A stretch of DNA of 64,000 nt from Octopus sinensis (Eukaryota), in contig NC_043003.1 of NCBI RefSeq assembly GCF_006345805.1, positions 24,552,001 through 24,616,000 of the forward strand, given 5' to 3'. Each line of letters begins with the position of its first letter. Within the stretch, counting starts at the first letter, position 1. The notes under the pieces are model-generated. The model was given only the letters and a program-made list of their open reading frames with translations, was not told the origin of the DNA and searched no databases. This document shows positions 62,730 through 64,000 of this stretch, piece by piece. The translations under genes and the position numbers were made by a program.

Positions 62730-63025
62730 AGTTGAAAATATGTGGATAAAAAAATATAAAAAGTAGAAGAGAAATGCCTTCGTTTCATATAGTTTAATAT
62801 CTTTTTATAAATATATAAATATATACATATTATTTGGATATCATGAAATTCAATCAGTTTTTGCTATTTAAATTAGCTTTTCAAAAGCAAATTTAAATAG
62901 CAAAAACCAGCTGGATTTCACAACATCCATATAATATGTATATATTTATAAAAAGATATTAAACTATATGAAACAAAGGCATTTCCCTTCCATCTTTTTA
63001 TATTTTTTTCCACATATTTTCAACT
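62730..63025. repeat. Spacer-less fold-back element, about 296 bp
   Basis: Arms 62730-62881 and 62883-63025 are reverse complements along their whole length, centred on GCTTTT-C-AAAAGC. Confidence 0.9.
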
Positions 63026-63092
63026 CATAATTTTGCCACGTGGTGTATACTGAATCTTCAATTTCTTTGTACCTTGTATATGTGTATATATT

Positions 63093-63159
<67 letters not shown>

Positions 63160-64000
63160 AAAGAAATAATTGAGATTCAGTAGAATTAGGTACTTAAGCT
63201 GAAGCACCAAATCAGTCCGGTATTATCTGCACAGCTTGAAGTAAGGATTGTGGTTCATTTCTAATTTATTTACCTTTTTATCAACTACTAAATCTAAGAC
63301 TAGATGACTGTGTCTGTTTGGAATGAAGACCAAGAGTGAGTTGACAGCTCATGGATGTGTATGGTCATAAATATTGTCAAAATATTAATAGTAAATTAGG
63401 TATAAAGTAGCTGTCTATATAGGAGGCTGGGTAGGGGAAGACCCTAAATCATGATATTAATTACCAGTTAAAGGGGCAAGACACTAATAAAACCTATGAT
63501 GTCAATACAGAGGAAATTTTATCATGGGATACTATGGGTGATTGTTTATAAACAATATTGTTATATTATATAAAGATAAAATTAAGATTATCAAAAATGA
63601 TATCATTACCAAAATAGGTAAAATGTGTATGTGTGTATATATATATATATATCAATTTTCAACATTAAAAAGGAAAGATTACTTAGAATTATTGTAATAG
63701 TCATTCATGTACTTAATTATTTACTTATTAGGTGGTTTCTATAAAGATTGCTCTGGGTATTTGCTTATAGAATACTGGAAAGATAAACATGCTATCTATA
63801 TATTAATTATAAGCCAAGAATCAGAAAAAATAAAGATGTTTACAGATACCTACACGTATTTATCTATGTGCACACATGCACACCTACATAAATATTTATG
63901 CATTTATATGGATATAGTACTACCATCTCGCATATGTTATAAACTATATGTTATAGTATGCGGTGTGCTATATGTAATTACTATCCCATGAAAACTCTTG

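Noticed and set aside
57391-64000. Search for ArfGAP1 exon 7 (ALPS GW.. continuation)
   Set aside because: No acceptor followed by a matching frame was found; the exon presumably lies beyond the window.

Overview
AT-rich, microsatellite-laden animal genomic DNA. The repeat families look cephalopod (most likely Octopus); this is inferred from repeat recognition, not a database hit. The window holds the first six coding exons of one gene, ArfGAP1 (+ strand; 666 nt, 222 codons, spread over 1209-57390), which continues past the window end. Its introns (2-23 kb) are packed with tRNA-derived SINEs (a CORE-like family with an internal microsatellite, a Nin/Deu-domain-like family and smaller families), RTE and CR1-type LINE 3' ends, Tc1/mariner, pogo/Tigger, hAT and piggyBac-like DNA elements, and non-autonomous Helitrons. 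Almost all ORFs in the supplied track are microsatellite or TE artefacts. The most notable signals are: (i) two unrelated-looking but structurally complete type I hammerhead ribozyme motifs on the sense strand of introns 1 and 6 (about 7.13-7.22 kb and 60.29-60.41 kb); (ii) head-to-tail SINE dimers and a tetramer at four loci, each inside one target-site duplication and all sharing the same junction; (iii) an RTE 3'UTR built from about 67-nt stem-loop repeats; (iv) several long inverted repeats able to form dsRNA, and a 1.34-kb direct duplication bracketing an in-frame exon.
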